Origin: Rubripirellula sp.
Lineage (GTDB): Bacteria > Planctomycetota > Planctomycetia > Pirellulales > Pirellulaceae
DNA: 64,000 nucleotides
Assembly (NCBI GenBank): GCA_965216875.1
Contig: OZ244207.1
Span: 2,624,001-2,688,000 of the forward strand
Direction of reading: 5' to 3'
Part shown: piece by piece, positions 19,124 through 29,556 of the stretch
Layout: every line of letters starts with the position of its first letter
Position numbering within the stretch: position 1 is the first letter of the stretch
Notes under the pieces: model-generated
What the model saw: only the letters and a program-made list of their open reading frames with translations
Told to the model about the DNA's origin: nothing
Databases searched by the model: none
Made by a program: the position numbers and the translations under genes

Positions 19124-19711
19124 CCAAACTTGCCAGCGTCCTCCCCGGCAAGTTCAGATTCTTGGCTGCACCGCCGCCCTGCCGCTTCGGCGCCTCGATG
19201 CCAGACCGCTTGCCCTGACAATCGGAATGACGGGAACAACTGCGCGGGCGAAGCCGTCTTATTTGAATCACGACCAACGCTCTCGCGCGTCATGATTCGG
19301 AGTAGTCGCGCTGACTGTCGCGATCGTCCTGATTAGCCGTTTTGCAGTGCTCGCCCGCCATTCAAATGGCTGCCCAAGAATCACTAATCCTTGTCAATTT
19401 CGAGCGGATGGATCATCCTGACCCTGGCGTCAAAGCCGCGCTTTTTCTCGGCCGCTCGAGCTTCGTTTAGCTTGCACGCACTCGCCCCCCTTCTGGGGTT
19501 GCACGTTTGAGAATGCCAACAACCTATCAATTCGATTTAGGGCTGCCACCCACGTGGACGAAGTCCGCGCAGACCGACGATTTGCGGTGTGAACATTTCA
19601 CGAAGACTTGTAGAATCCAACGGCTTGGTTGATCAAAGCGACCACACAATTCACGATCAAAAGCCAACCTAGCAACTGGGGCTGAAGTGCCCCAAACGTG
19701 CGAGTTCTAAT

Positions 19712-20266
19712 TTGCCAATTCTGCCTGCCGAACCTGATTGTCATCCACCCGAGCTGCTCGAGGACGAACAGTGCGAGAATGCTGATTGGTGGCTCCTTTA
19801 CACCAAGAGCCGGCAAGAAAAACAACTGATGCGTCAGCTTCGCGAGCTCGATGTGTCACACTACGCACCGCAAATCGCCCATCGTCGACGTTCACCCGCA
19901 GGCCGAATTCGTACCACCTACGCGCCACTTTTTAACAACTATGTCTTTCTGTGTGGCGATGACGAATCCCGATACCACGCCGTCTGCACGGGCCGCGTGC
20001 AAAAGTTCACACCGATCACTGACGTTGCCAAGTTCGTGGGCGACCTTCGTCAGATCCGCAACCTGATCAACCTTGGCGTTCCCCTTACTCTGGAAAGCCG
20101 ACTTGAGCCTGGCCAACAGGTCCGAGTCCGCAACGGCGCCTTTGCCGGTTATGAAGGGACCATCCTCAGACGCGAACAGGAAACTCGTTTGCTGGTCTCG
20201 GTTCAATTCATGGACCAGGGCGTGAGCGTCAAGCTCGAAGACTGCCAATTGGAACCCATCGGTTAG
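19712..20266 (+). CDS. NusG paralogue (RfaH/UpxY/LoaP-like antiterminator)
   Basis: WWLLYTKSRQEK and PLFNNYVF (NGN domain); GQQVRVRNGAFAGYEG (KOW); near the head of the polysaccharide cluster. Confidence 0.9.
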   Translation: MPILPAEPDCHPPELLEDEQCENADWWLLYTKSRQEKQLMRQLRELDVSHYAPQIAHRRRSPAGRIRTTYAPLFNNYVFLCGDDESRYHAVCTGRVQKFTPITDVAKFVGDLRQIRNLINLGVPLTLESRLEPGQQVRVRNGAFAGYEGTILRREQETRLLVSVQFMDQGVSVKLEDCQLEPIG

Positions 20267-20281
20267 AGAAGGCCTCGCACC

Positions 20282-21277
20282 CTGTCTCCCATTGCATTCA
20301 TCACTGGAATCACGGGTCAAGATGGCTCCTATTTGACCGAGCGGTTACTCGAGAAAGGGTATGTCGTTCACGGCATCGTACGGCGCAGCAGTTCGACCGT
20401 GCGTACTCGGATCGACCAACTTTTTCATGACAAAGACGTTTACGACAAGCGTCTCTTTTTGCATTACGCCGACTTAGATGACACCACCGCCATTCGGCGG
20501 ATCCTGATCAAAACCCAGCCCGACGAACTCTATCACCTCGCCGGGCAGAGTCATGTTGGTGTGAGTTTTGAAATCCCCGAAACAACCTGCCAGTTCACGG
20601 CGATGGGCACACTCAAGCTGCTCGAAATCGTCAGAGACCTTTCCAAGCAACCTAAGTTTCTTCACATCAGCAGCAGCGAGATCTTTGGACGCCCAGAGCA
20701 GTTTCCACAAAATGAACAAACGCCAATGCGTCCGGTCACACCCTACGGCATCGCAAAAACCTTTGCGACGCAAATGGTCCAGCTCTACCGCGACTCCTTC
20801 GGCCTCTTCGCCTGCAACGCAATCTGTTACAACCACGAATCACCTCGACGTGGCGAGTCCTTTGTCACGCGCAAAATCACTCGCGCCGCTGCAATGATTT
20901 CGCTCGGCCTACAAGACAAGTTGCTGCTTGGATCGCTCGACGCGCAGCGTGATTGGGGTTATGCCCCCGAATACGTTGACGCGATGTGGCGAATGCTCCA
21001 GCGATCGACTGCCGATGACTACGTTCTGGCAACGGGCACCACGAATTCTGTCGAAGACTTTCTTCAAGCCTCGTTCGAGGCGGTGAATTTGAACTGGCGT
21101 GATTGTGTCGAAACGGACCCACGTTTCATTCGCCCGGCCGAAGTTTCGAAGCTTGTCGGCGACCCCAGTGCTGCAGCCAACAAACTCGACTGGCGCGCCA
21201 AGACGACGCTCCCCGAGCTTGCCGCAATCATGGTCGACCATGATCTACGTCGCTGCCATGAAAATGGCAGACGCTAA
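20282..21277 (+). CDS. gmd: GDP-mannose 4,6-dehydratase; probable CTG start
   Basis: AFITGITGQDGSYL (20294-20335) lies upstream of the ORF-track start; also QSHVGVSF, PYGIAK, NHESPRRGESFVTRKI and RDWGYA. Confidence 0.92.
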   Translation: MSPIAFITGITGQDGSYLTERLLEKGYVVHGIVRRSSSTVRTRIDQLFHDKDVYDKRLFLHYADLDDTTAIRRILIKTQPDELYHLAGQSHVGVSFEIPETTCQFTAMGTLKLLEIVRDLSKQPKFLHISSSEIFGRPEQFPQNEQTPMRPVTPYGIAKTFATQMVQLYRDSFGLFACNAICYNHESPRRGESFVTRKITRAAAMISLGLQDKLLLGSLDAQRDWGYAPEYVDAMWRMLQRSTADDYVLATGTTNSVEDFLQASFEAVNLNWRDCVETDPRFIRPAEVSKLVGDPSAAANKLDWRAKTTLPELAAIMVDHDLRRCHENGRR

Positions 21278-21312
21278 ACCGCGGGTTTACCTGCGTTAGC
21301 CCGAAAAACACC

Positions 21313-23889
21313 TTGCAGATCCTCAGTAAAATTCGCACAGCTTCGACTTTGATCGCGGCGGTATTGCTAATGGCATTGCCGCTCATCGTCGCAGCTGACT
21401 TTGGTGGCGTCTTGTGGTGGACGCAATACGTCGCCGCATTGGGCGTCGCTGCTATCCTGGCATTTGCACTTCCGGCGGTTGGTGACCGAAATGCCACATC
21501 ATCACCGCGACAATTCCGCCTGCTGGGCCCCCTTTTTGTTTGGATCGTTTTCGCGTTGATTCAAACAGTAGAACTTCCTCAATCACTGGTGAAGGTCGCA
21601 AGCCCAGCCTCGTTTGAGGCCTACACACATTGGCTCGCCCCATTCCTTTCATCGTCTGCTCAGCCAAGTGCGTTTCCTGTTTCGGTCGCCAAGCAATCCT
21701 CACTGCACAGTATCGCTGTACTTGCGCTGCTGGTCAGCTTGGCGTGGTCTGCGGTAATGACCTTCCGCACCCGCGCGCACGTCGCGGTATTCATGAGCGT
21801 TCTTGCAATCGGCTGTGCAGCTCATGCAGCTTTTGGAATCTTATGCATCGCGTCGCCGGGGACAGAGATCTGGGGTTACGAAACGTCCGCCGGTTCCTTT
21901 GGAACCTTTATTAACCGCAACAACGCGGCACTGTTGATGAACCTTGGTGTTGCAGCGAGCTTAGGGCTGCTCGCATGGCGACTAACGGCTCTAACCGGCC
22001 AAGAAGTCGATGACCCAATGTTTGAAATCAACGACTTTGTCTCGCTTGTCTCCGACCGCGAATCAATCATTGGAGTGATCGGTGGCGTCATCTGTTTGAC
22101 TGGGATTCTGATCTGCGGCTCGCGAGGTGGCGTGGTGTCTGCGGTCGCCGGCTGCCTGTTTGCGACCGGCTGGGTGCGTCAGCGTCGTGGGCTAACAACC
22201 ATTCCCGTGATTGCTGCGTCGATCGCAATCTGTGTCGCCCTGCTGACGATCCCTCTTAAGCTCAACTTCGAAAGTCTCCGTAGCCTCAATGTTTTTTCGG
22301 CGGCGGATCAAACCACACTTCTCCGTGATGGTCGCCTGCCACACTGGCGAGATGGATGGGAGACCGCAGTCAATCATCTGCCGGCCGGATCCGGAATGGG
22401 CACCTACGCCTATGCCTACCTACCCTTTCAAGAAACCGGTTCGAGGTCTTGGTTCCATCATGCCGACAACTTGTGGCTTGAGCTGATTGTTGAACAAGGA
22501 TTGATTGGCATCCTGCTCGTCATTTGGATCGCTTTTTTGATTGTTCGAACACTTGTCAGGTTGAGTGAGTCACCCGACCCAATCGATCAAGGCCTTCGTG
22601 TCGCCGGTTGGTATGCATTGGGAGTCATCGCAGTCTCGCAACTATTTGATTTTGGCCTCATTATTCCGAGTAATTTGTTCCTGGTGACCATCCTCTATTC
22701 GGTCGTGATTGCACGTGAGTCTCAAGTGGCCAGCGCATCGAATTCCGCCAGCGGCAAGATTCAATTTCAATCGCACCGCGGCACTGGCATCGCAGTGACA
22801 CTTGCTTGCTTGGCCTTTGTCACACTTGGTTTCTCAACGCAACGGCTTTGGGCGGACGCCAAAAGAGAGAGCACGCTGCGCGCGGCGGCTACCGAAATGG
22901 ATGCCATTCGTGGCAACGCCGAGCGTTTGGACCATTGGATTGAACGACTAGAGTCCGCCACGAAGCAACAAGCTTGGCCAGACGGTAGCGACCTTCTCTG
23001 CGAACTCATGCACTTGCGACAACGCCTTGCGGAGGTCACCAATGCGGAGCCAGACACGGCCGAGAAGGCCGCATCGCTGTACCAAGCCACCGATCTCCTA
23101 GAACGCCGACTCGCTTGGCGGCGTCAGCTGCTTGCAACCGAAGAAACGGGCCAACCCAACGCAACCGACTTGGCTTACCTTCCGATTGTGGAAACGTCCA
23201 GCGCTTCCATGTTGTCGTTGCCGCTAGGACCTCAATCGCGAAAGTGGCATCTGTACCTCGATTTTGCGCATCGTGATCTTGCCCGGAGCGACGCAGCACT
23301 CGAACAGCTACAGCAGTTCTACAGCAACAACCCCCAAATGCTCACACGCCTCGCCGTTTTTGCAGGCGACGGCGGCAACGAGCAAAAAGCAATCGAACTC
23401 TTCCGTGCGGCGGTGACGCTGTACCCGCCGACCATTCGGCAAGTGCTAAAGACCGCAGCGCGTTTTCCCAACATCGCGACAGTCGATTTGCTGACGGACG
23501 ATCCCATCGTCTGGAGAATCGCCTTGGCCGCCGAACTTGCCAAAGAAGAACAAACACCATCGCTGCTTCGTGAATCGCTTGCCAAACTCGATTGCGTCCA
23601 TTGCGAGTCCAAGGAGGAACGCGCCCAGTGTGAATTCCTCGCGGGCGACGCCGCGTTTCTACTTGGTGACCATGAATCGGCCTTCAATCACTTCTACGAG
23701 GCCATTGAGAATCGGCCAACCGATGCAACACTGAGATTCAAGGTTGTCAACCGCCTGAAAGAGGCTGGACGTCGCGAGGAAGCATTGCACCAAGCACGCG
23801 AAGGACGACGAATCACGCCCGACGATCCACGATTTGAACGGATCATTCAAACAATGGCCGAGGACGAACTACGTTCGCTCGAAAACTAG
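21313..23889 (+). CDS. O-antigen ligase / oligosaccharyltransferase family protein with C-terminal TPRs
   Basis: GTFINRNNAA, CGSRGG, RLPHW, GSGMGTY, HHADNLWLE and FDFGL motifs; TPR-like tail. Confidence 0.85.
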   Translation: MQILSKIRTASTLIAAVLLMALPLIVAADFGGVLWWTQYVAALGVAAILAFALPAVGDRNATSSPRQFRLLGPLFVWIVFALIQTVELPQSLVKVASPASFEAYTHWLAPFLSSSAQPSAFPVSVAKQSSLHSIAVLALLVSLAWSAVMTFRTRAHVAVFMSVLAIGCAAHAAFGILCIASPGTEIWGYETSAGSFGTFINRNNAALLMNLGVAASLGLLAWRLTALTGQEVDDPMFEINDFVSLVSDRESIIGVIGGVICLTGILICGSRGGVVSAVAGCLFATGWVRQRRGLTTIPVIAASIAICVALLTIPLKLNFESLRSLNVFSAADQTTLLRDGRLPHWRDGWETAVNHLPAGSGMGTYAYAYLPFQETGSRSWFHHADNLWLELIVEQGLIGILLVIWIAFLIVRTLVRLSESPDPIDQGLRVAGWYALGVIAVSQLFDFGLIIPSNLFLVTILYSVVIARESQVASASNSASGKIQFQSHRGTGIAVTLACLAFVTLGFSTQRLWADAKRESTLRAAATEMDAIRGNAERLDHWIERLESATKQQAWPDGSDLLCELMHLRQRLAEVTNAEPDTAEKAASLYQATDLLERRLAWRRQLLATEETGQPNATDLAYLPIVETSSASMLSLPLGPQSRKWHLYLDFAHRDLARSDAALEQLQQFYSNNPQMLTRLAVFAGDGGNEQKAIELFRAAVTLYPPTIRQVLKTAARFPNIATVDLLTDDPIVWRIALAAELAKEEQTPSLLRESLAKLDCVHCESKEERAQCEFLAGDAAFLLGDHESAFNHFYEAIENRPTDATLRFKVVNRLKEAGRREEALHQAREGRRITPDDPRFERIIQTMAEDELRSLEN

Positions 23890-24001
23890 TTCCATTCTGG
23901 ACGTTATTGTTCGGCACTACCGTGGGATACAAAAGCCAGCCAATCCGCTAGGCTGGTGAATCGAATCGCCCGCGTCTTCCTTCACCGTTCGCGTTTTTTA
24001 C

Positions 24002-25060
24002 ATGAAGATCCTGATCACCGGCGGCTGTGGCTTTATTGGCTCAAACCTCGTGCGAATGGCGCTCGCTCGCGGCCATCATGTCTGCAATGTCGACGCCCTG
24101 ACTTACGCCGGAAACCGATCGTCTTTGGCCGATATCGAAAACAACCCAGCCTATCAGTTTTCGCAAACAGACATTCGTGACGCTCACGCTGTTCGTGATG
24201 TGATTCATGCATTCGCGCCAGAAGCTGTGATGCACTTGGCCGCTGAGAGCCACGTCGATCGATCGATTGATGGGCCGGGCGTTTTCGTTGAAACCAATGT
24301 CATGGGCACATTCCATCTTCTGCAAGCATCCCTCGAGTACTTCCGCAGCCTCGACAGCGACGCCGCCGAGTCCTTTCGATTCCTTCACGTTTCGACCGAT
24401 GAAGTCTACGGATCGCTTGGCGACGAGGGACTGTTCACCGAATCGACAGCCTACGATCCCCACTCGCCCTATTCAGCCAGCAAGGCGGCGTCCGATCATT
24501 TCGCGCGTGCTTGGAAAGACACGTTTGGCTTGCCTGTCATGGTCAGCAATTGCTCCAACAACTACGGTCCGTATCAGTTCCCTGAAAAGCTGATCCCGGT
24601 GGTCATCCTGAAATGCCTTCGGGGCGATCCCATCCCCGTTTACGGCAAAGGCGAAAACGTTCGAGATTGGCTATACGTGGAAGACCACTGCGACGCCCTA
24701 CTAACAATTGTCAATTCGGGTGTCCCAGGCGAAACGTACAACATCGGTGGAAACAACGAACGTTCAAACATCGACTTGGTTCGCATGCTGTGCCAGATCC
24801 TCGATGACTTGCATCCGTCAAAGGACCGAACACCGCATGAGGACAGGATTGAATTTGTGGCGGATCGGCCTGGCCACGACCTGAGGTACGCGATTGACGC
24901 GTCGAAAATCCAAAACGAACTTGGCTGGACTCCCTCTGCCCAAGCGAGCAACGGATTCAAAAAGACGGTCCAGTGGTACCTCGACAATCGAAGTTGGTGG
25001 GAAGCCATCTTGTCAGGCGACTACCGACTCGATCGCCAAGGTATCAACAACAACGACTAA
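24002..25060 (+). CDS. rfbB: dTDP-glucose 4,6-dehydratase
   Basis: [32 protein letters not shown] and [12 protein letters not shown] motifs. Confidence 0.97.
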   Translation: MKILITGGCGFIGSNLVRMALARGHHVCNVDALTYAGNRSSLADIENNPAYQFSQTDIRDAHAVRDVIHAFAPEAVMHLAAESHVDRSIDGPGVFVETNVMGTFHLLQASLEYFRSLDSDAAESFRFLHVSTDEVYGSLGDEGLFTESTAYDPHSPYSASKAASDHFARAWKDTFGLPVMVSNCSNNYGPYQFPEKLIPVVILKCLRGDPIPVYGKGENVRDWLYVEDHCDALLTIVNSGVPGETYNIGGNNERSNIDLVRMLCQILDDLHPSKDRTPHEDRIEFVADRPGHDLRYAIDASKIQNELGWTPSAQASNGFKKTVQWYLDNRSWWEAILSGDYRLDRQGINNND

Positions 25061-25194
25061 CGAAGGATGCAGAGGTTCGTGAACAGCTCGCACAAGCCGG
25101 TCAGGGCCCGGCGACCGAACCAACTAGCTTTGGCACAGCAACTCGACCTTGCCCGCAACCTGGGCGTTCCCAATCAAATCATGAGAATCGCGAG

Positions 25195-26064
25195 ATGAAA
25201 GGCATAGTGCTCGCCGGTGGATCGGGATCCCGATTGCACCCGATCACCCGCGCGGTCAGCAAGCAGCTTATCCCGATTTACGATAAGCCGATGATCTACT
25301 ACCCACTATCAGCACTCATGCTGTCCGGGATTCGTGAGATCCTGCTGATTTCGACCCCTTACGATCTTCCCGCTTTCCAGCGGCTGTTGGGCGATGGGAA
25401 ACAATGGGGACTCGAAATCAGTTACGCCGAACAACCGCGTCCCGAGGGATTGGCGCAAGCCTTTGTCATCGGCCGCGACTTCATTGGCGATGACAACGTT
25501 GCGTTGGTGCTTGGCGACAACATTTTCTACGGCCAGGGTTTTCGGGCCATTTTGGATCAGGCCGCATCTCGATCGACCGGTGCAACCATCTTTGGCTACC
25601 ACGTGAACGACCCGCAGCGCTACGGCGTCGTTGGCTTTGACAAATCGGGGAAAGTCGAATCACTCGAAGAAAAGCCAACCGCGCCCAAGTCCAATTACGC
25701 TGTACCAGGGCTTTATTTCTACGACAACGATGTCGTCAAGATATCGGCCGAGTTAAAGCCCTCCGCGCGTGGCGAACTCGAGATTACTGACGTCAATAAA
25801 ACGTACATGGAGCGAGGCGATCTTCACGTCACCCTCTTTTCACGCGGTTTTGCCTGGCTAGACACTGGAACAAACGATTCGTTGCTCGACGCTTGCAACT
25901 TTGTTGCGGCGGTCGAGAAACGTCAAGGACTTAAGATCGCTTGTTTGGAAGAGATCGCCTACAAGTGCGAATTCATTGATAAAGGGCAGTTGCTGAACCT
26001 TGCGGGCCAGTTCAACAACGACTACGGAACCTACCTCCGCGAAGTCGCAAACTACAATTCCTAG
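25195..26064 (+). CDS. rfbA: Glucose-1-phosphate thymidylyltransferase
   Basis: [43 protein letters not shown] and WLDTGT motifs. Confidence 0.97.
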   Translation: MKGIVLAGGSGSRLHPITRAVSKQLIPIYDKPMIYYPLSALMLSGIREILLISTPYDLPAFQRLLGDGKQWGLEISYAEQPRPEGLAQAFVIGRDFIGDDNVALVLGDNIFYGQGFRAILDQAASRSTGATIFGYHVNDPQRYGVVGFDKSGKVESLEEKPTAPKSNYAVPGLYFYDNDVVKISAELKPSARGELEITDVNKTYMERGDLHVTLFSRGFAWLDTGTNDSLLDACNFVAAVEKRQGLKIACLEEIAYKCEFIDKGQLLNLAGQFNNDYGTYLREVANYNS

Positions 26065-26103
26065 ACATCACCACGACCATCATTTGACATAAGAAAAGCA
26101 TCG

Positions 26104-27093
26104 ATGGAGACAGAATCACAACCAATGCGGTACTTGGTCACCGGCAGCAGCGGCTTTATCGCATCGCGCGTTGCCAAGCGACTGCTGGACCAAGGCCATC
26201 ATGTCGTCGGAATTGACAACATGAACGACTACTATGCCGTCGCGCTGAAAGAACATCGAAACGAATGGCTGACATCGGATCGGTTTGAGTTTGTTCGTGG
26301 CGATCTTGAGAACATTGAAACGCTCGAAGACATCTTCAGCCGCCACAAATTCGATGCCGTCATCAACTTGGCAGCTCGGGCTGGCGTGCGTTACAGCATG
26401 ACCAATCCGCATGTCTACATGACGACCAATGCAATGGGCAGCCTGAATCTGCTCGAGCAAATGCGTCAACACGGAATCAAGAAATACGTCCTTGCGTCGA
26501 CATCCTCGCTATACGCCGGCCAGGAAATGCCGTTCAAGGAATCACTCGCCGTCAACACGCCAATCTCACCGTATGCAGCTTCGAAAAAATCGGCTGAAAT
26601 GATGGCTCATGCCTACCATCATCTTTACGAAATGGACATTTCGATTTGTCGATACTTCACAGTCTACGGGCCGGCCGGACGCCCCGACATGTGCATCTAT
26701 CGGTTCATCAAGTGGATTGACGAAGGCACTCCCATCGAACTTTTTGGTGACGGCGAACAAGCCCGAGACTTTACCTATGTTGATGACATTGCCGCCGGGA
26801 CGATCGCAGCCATCAAGCCCGTCGGATTTGAAGTGATCAATTTGGGCGGTGGCGGCACGCCAGTTTCGCTTAACACAATCATCGCCAAGCTCGAAGAGAT
26901 GCTTGGCAAAAAAGCGAAGCTGACGCACAAAACGTTCCACAAGGCAGACATCAAAATAACCTCTGCTGACATTGCCAAAGCGAAGCGGCTACTGGGATGG
27001 ACTCCCGAAGTCGAGCTCGAAGAAGGGCTGCAAGCTTGTGTGGACTGGCATCGTAAGAACATTGATTGGGTCCAGACCCTACCGCTACCCTGA
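26104..27093 (+). CDS. NAD-dependent epimerase (UDP-glucuronate 4-epimerase-like)
   Basis: TGSSGFIA, DNMNDYY, LAARAGVRYS, PYAASKK and FTVYGPAGRPDM motifs. Confidence 0.88.
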   Translation: METESQPMRYLVTGSSGFIASRVAKRLLDQGHHVVGIDNMNDYYAVALKEHRNEWLTSDRFEFVRGDLENIETLEDIFSRHKFDAVINLAARAGVRYSMTNPHVYMTTNAMGSLNLLEQMRQHGIKKYVLASTSSLYAGQEMPFKESLAVNTPISPYAASKKSAEMMAHAYHHLYEMDISICRYFTVYGPAGRPDMCIYRFIKWIDEGTPIELFGDGEQARDFTYVDDIAAGTIAAIKPVGFEVINLGGGGTPVSLNTIIAKLEEMLGKKAKLTHKTFHKADIKITSADIAKAKRLLGWTPEVELEEGLQACVDWHRKNIDWVQTLPLP

Positions 27094-27142
27094 TTCGAAT
27101 GCGTTCTTGCGTCGCGAAGCCACTTAGCGATTCAAAACCTGC

Positions 27143-28375
27143 TTGATGAAACAGTATTCCTCCATGCAGCAATTCCTCATCCGTTGGGTGTTCATTGGAT
27201 TTGCGATTCGCCTCGGCTTGATGCTGCTAATCCACTTTTCCGGAGCGGAACAGGGATTATCACTGACGAAGGACTCGTTCCTTTACCACAACGTCGGCTC
27301 ACAAATGGCCGAGTATTTCCGGACGGGTGACGCTGCTTCTTGGCCGATACGTGTTTCCGGCGTGATCGATTTCGGCTGGGAGTACTTCATTGGTTTTGTC
27401 TATTACTTCACCGGCGACCAGCCCCTCGCAATCAAGTTCGTTTGCGTGCTTGCCGGAACGCTGGTGCCCGTGGTGCACTGCAGGATGGCTTACCTCGTTA
27501 CCGGAGATGAGCGGGTTGCCAAACTGGCGTTGGTCCTTTCGATGCTCTTTCCGACGCAAATCTACTACAGCACGTTGATGGTGCGAGACTCAATCGCCAC
27601 GTTGGCCGTCTCGCTCATCTTCCTGGGGGTCGTCGAGTACGTTGCCAAGCCGGTCTCACCGTGGCTTCTGCACCTAGGGATTGGCTTCGGGATGATGGTT
27701 TTGATGCGTTCGTACCTGGCTGCAATCATGGCGGCGACAATTCCATTGGGGTTCGTCGCCGCTGCATTGGTCGGCGGTAGCGGTGCGGTCGCGCGCGGAA
27801 AAGCAGCGTTGGGCTTCGTCTTGGTTGCAGGTTTGTTAATAGGCGTGGTTGGTTTTGCGCCCGAAATGGTCGCAGAGGTCGATACACAATTCACCGACCT
27901 TTCCTATATCAACAAGGTTCGCCGAAAGCTCAACAAAGGTTCCGGGGCTTTTTACGCACCTGGTGAAGTTACCGAGATCGGAGAGAATGTCACAGACACC
28001 ACGATCAGTTTTGTCGTAGGCCTCTATTTTTTCTTCTTCAGTGTGAACCCTAGTTCGCTCAATACCGTTCGCCAATTCATGGCGTTACCCGAAGTGGTGT
28101 TAGTAGCCGTGGGAACGTTCTATTCGATACGTGGTGCTCGCGTTCTTTGGGCCGAACGTAGGTATCTGTTTACGGTTCTGATTGTCCCCACAATCGTGAT
28201 CACGTTCGGCTACAGTGTCGCAACCACCAATGGCGGCCCACTTATGCGATGGCGCATGCAATTGCTGGGGGTCTATTTAGTCGTGGCAGCGACGGGGATC
28301 CTTGCATCAAGAGTCCAACGAAGCGAGCCGCGTCTACCCGATTCAGCGAAGGGCATGAAAGGAGAGCCTGGGTGA
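27143..28375 (+). CDS. Polytopic membrane protein, putative Wzy polymerase / GT-C enzyme
   Basis: About 10 TM segments; DS..YH loop, RDS and NGGPLMRWR motifs; cluster context. Confidence 0.6.
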   Translation: MMKQYSSMQQFLIRWVFIGFAIRLGLMLLIHFSGAEQGLSLTKDSFLYHNVGSQMAEYFRTGDAASWPIRVSGVIDFGWEYFIGFVYYFTGDQPLAIKFVCVLAGTLVPVVHCRMAYLVTGDERVAKLALVLSMLFPTQIYYSTLMVRDSIATLAVSLIFLGVVEYVAKPVSPWLLHLGIGFGMMVLMRSYLAAIMAATIPLGFVAAALVGGSGAVARGKAALGFVLVAGLLIGVVGFAPEMVAEVDTQFTDLSYINKVRRKLNKGSGAFYAPGEVTEIGENVTDTTISFVVGLYFFFFSVNPSSLNTVRQFMALPEVVLVAVGTFYSIRGARVLWAERRYLFTVLIVPTIVITFGYSVATTNGGPLMRWRMQLLGVYLVVAATGILASRVQRSEPRLPDSAKGMKGEPG

Positions 28376-29547
28376 GCGTGGCCATCGTTCTCGGAGCCTC
28401 TCCGACCGGCCTAGCGGTTGTGCGAGCACTAGGTAAACGCGGAGTAACGTGTCTTGTAGGCGACTTTGATGCCGGGCGTCATGCATTCCGCAGTCGGTAT
28501 CGGAGTGGCCCAGCGATCGTCGCACCTAACCACACCGACGTCATTCGCCAAGCACTCGATTCAATCAGCGAAGGTGAAACGCCCCCCGTTTTGATCCCGA
28601 CCAGCGATGCAATGGTGCTGGCGCTGTCCAGATTACCTCAAGAGCTTCACGGACGCTTCAATACCTATGCGGCGATCGGCAACGGACTGGCATCGCAAGC
28701 TGTAGACAAACGATCGTTTTATGATCTGTGCCGTCGCGCCGAAATCGAAACACCGCAAACTGCATTCCCCAATGACGCTGACGAAGTGCTTCAGCTTGGA
28801 CAACAGTTTCAGTTCCCCCTACTGCTGAAACCGATATTTGGGCACCTCTGGCGAGACCGCCTTGGCGGGGCCAAGCTGCTTGTGGCCCACTCGACTGATG
28901 ACCTCAAACGCTATGTCGATCAGTTCGGCAATGACTGTAGTGGTCTAATGGTCCAGGAATTGATACCAGGTGAAGAAACAAACATATACGTTGCTGCCGT
29001 TTATCGAGGGCGTGAGGGAAAGCGAGACTACTGTTTTGTGGCCGAAAAAACGCGACAACATCCGCCAAATTTTGGCTCGGCTTCGCTCGCCACCGCAAAA
29101 CTCGATCCAACCATCGAAGCATTGAGCTGGAAGTTTGTTGAAGGCGTCGACTACCGCGGCATTTGCGGTACGGAGTTCAAACTCGATCCACGTGACGGCA
29201 GATACAAAATGATCGAGGTGAACCCTCGGCCGACACTATGGTTCCATCTGGTGGATGCGTCTGGCGTAAGCTTGCTGCATAGCGCATACCTCGATCTCTG
29301 TGGCGAACCAATGCCACCATCCCAGCCGCAGCAAGATGGAACTCGATGGTGCTTCTGGGAGAAAGACTTGCTCACTTGGCCACATCATTTGCGACGCGGC
29401 GATGTCGGGTTAGGGCAGCTTATCAAAGGACTCTCGCCAACAAATCACGGTGCGGTCGGCACGCTCGGCGACCCGATGCCGTTGATCGGAAGTCCTTTGT
29501 ATTACGCCAAGCGACTCATGCAACGACTCTCGAGCAAGCAAGGTTAG
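28372..29547 (+). CDS. ATP-grasp carboxylate-amine ligase (D-aspartate ligase-like)
   Basis: GLAVVRALG, LIPTSD, FPLLLKP, VQELIPG and EFKLDPRDGRYKMIEVNPR motifs; GTGA overlap. Confidence 0.85.
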   Translation: MSVAIVLGASPTGLAVVRALGKRGVTCLVGDFDAGRHAFRSRYRSGPAIVAPNHTDVIRQALDSISEGETPPVLIPTSDAMVLALSRLPQELHGRFNTYAAIGNGLASQAVDKRSFYDLCRRAEIETPQTAFPNDADEVLQLGQQFQFPLLLKPIFGHLWRDRLGGAKLLVAHSTDDLKRYVDQFGNDCSGLMVQELIPGEETNIYVAAVYRGREGKRDYCFVAEKTRQHPPNFGSASLATAKLDPTIEALSWKFVEGVDYRGICGTEFKLDPRDGRYKMIEVNPRPTLWFHLVDASGVSLLHSAYLDLCGEPMPPSQPQQDGTRWCFWEKDLLTWPHHLRRGDVGLGQLIKGLSPTNHGAVGTLGDPMPLIGSPLYYAKRLMQRLSSKQG

Positions 29548-29556
29548 GAAACGCTT

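Noticed and set aside
19183..19192. C(UUCG)G hairpin as a LoaP-type leader element
   Set aside because: Only a 3-bp stem, far from the gene and expected by chance in GC-rich DNA
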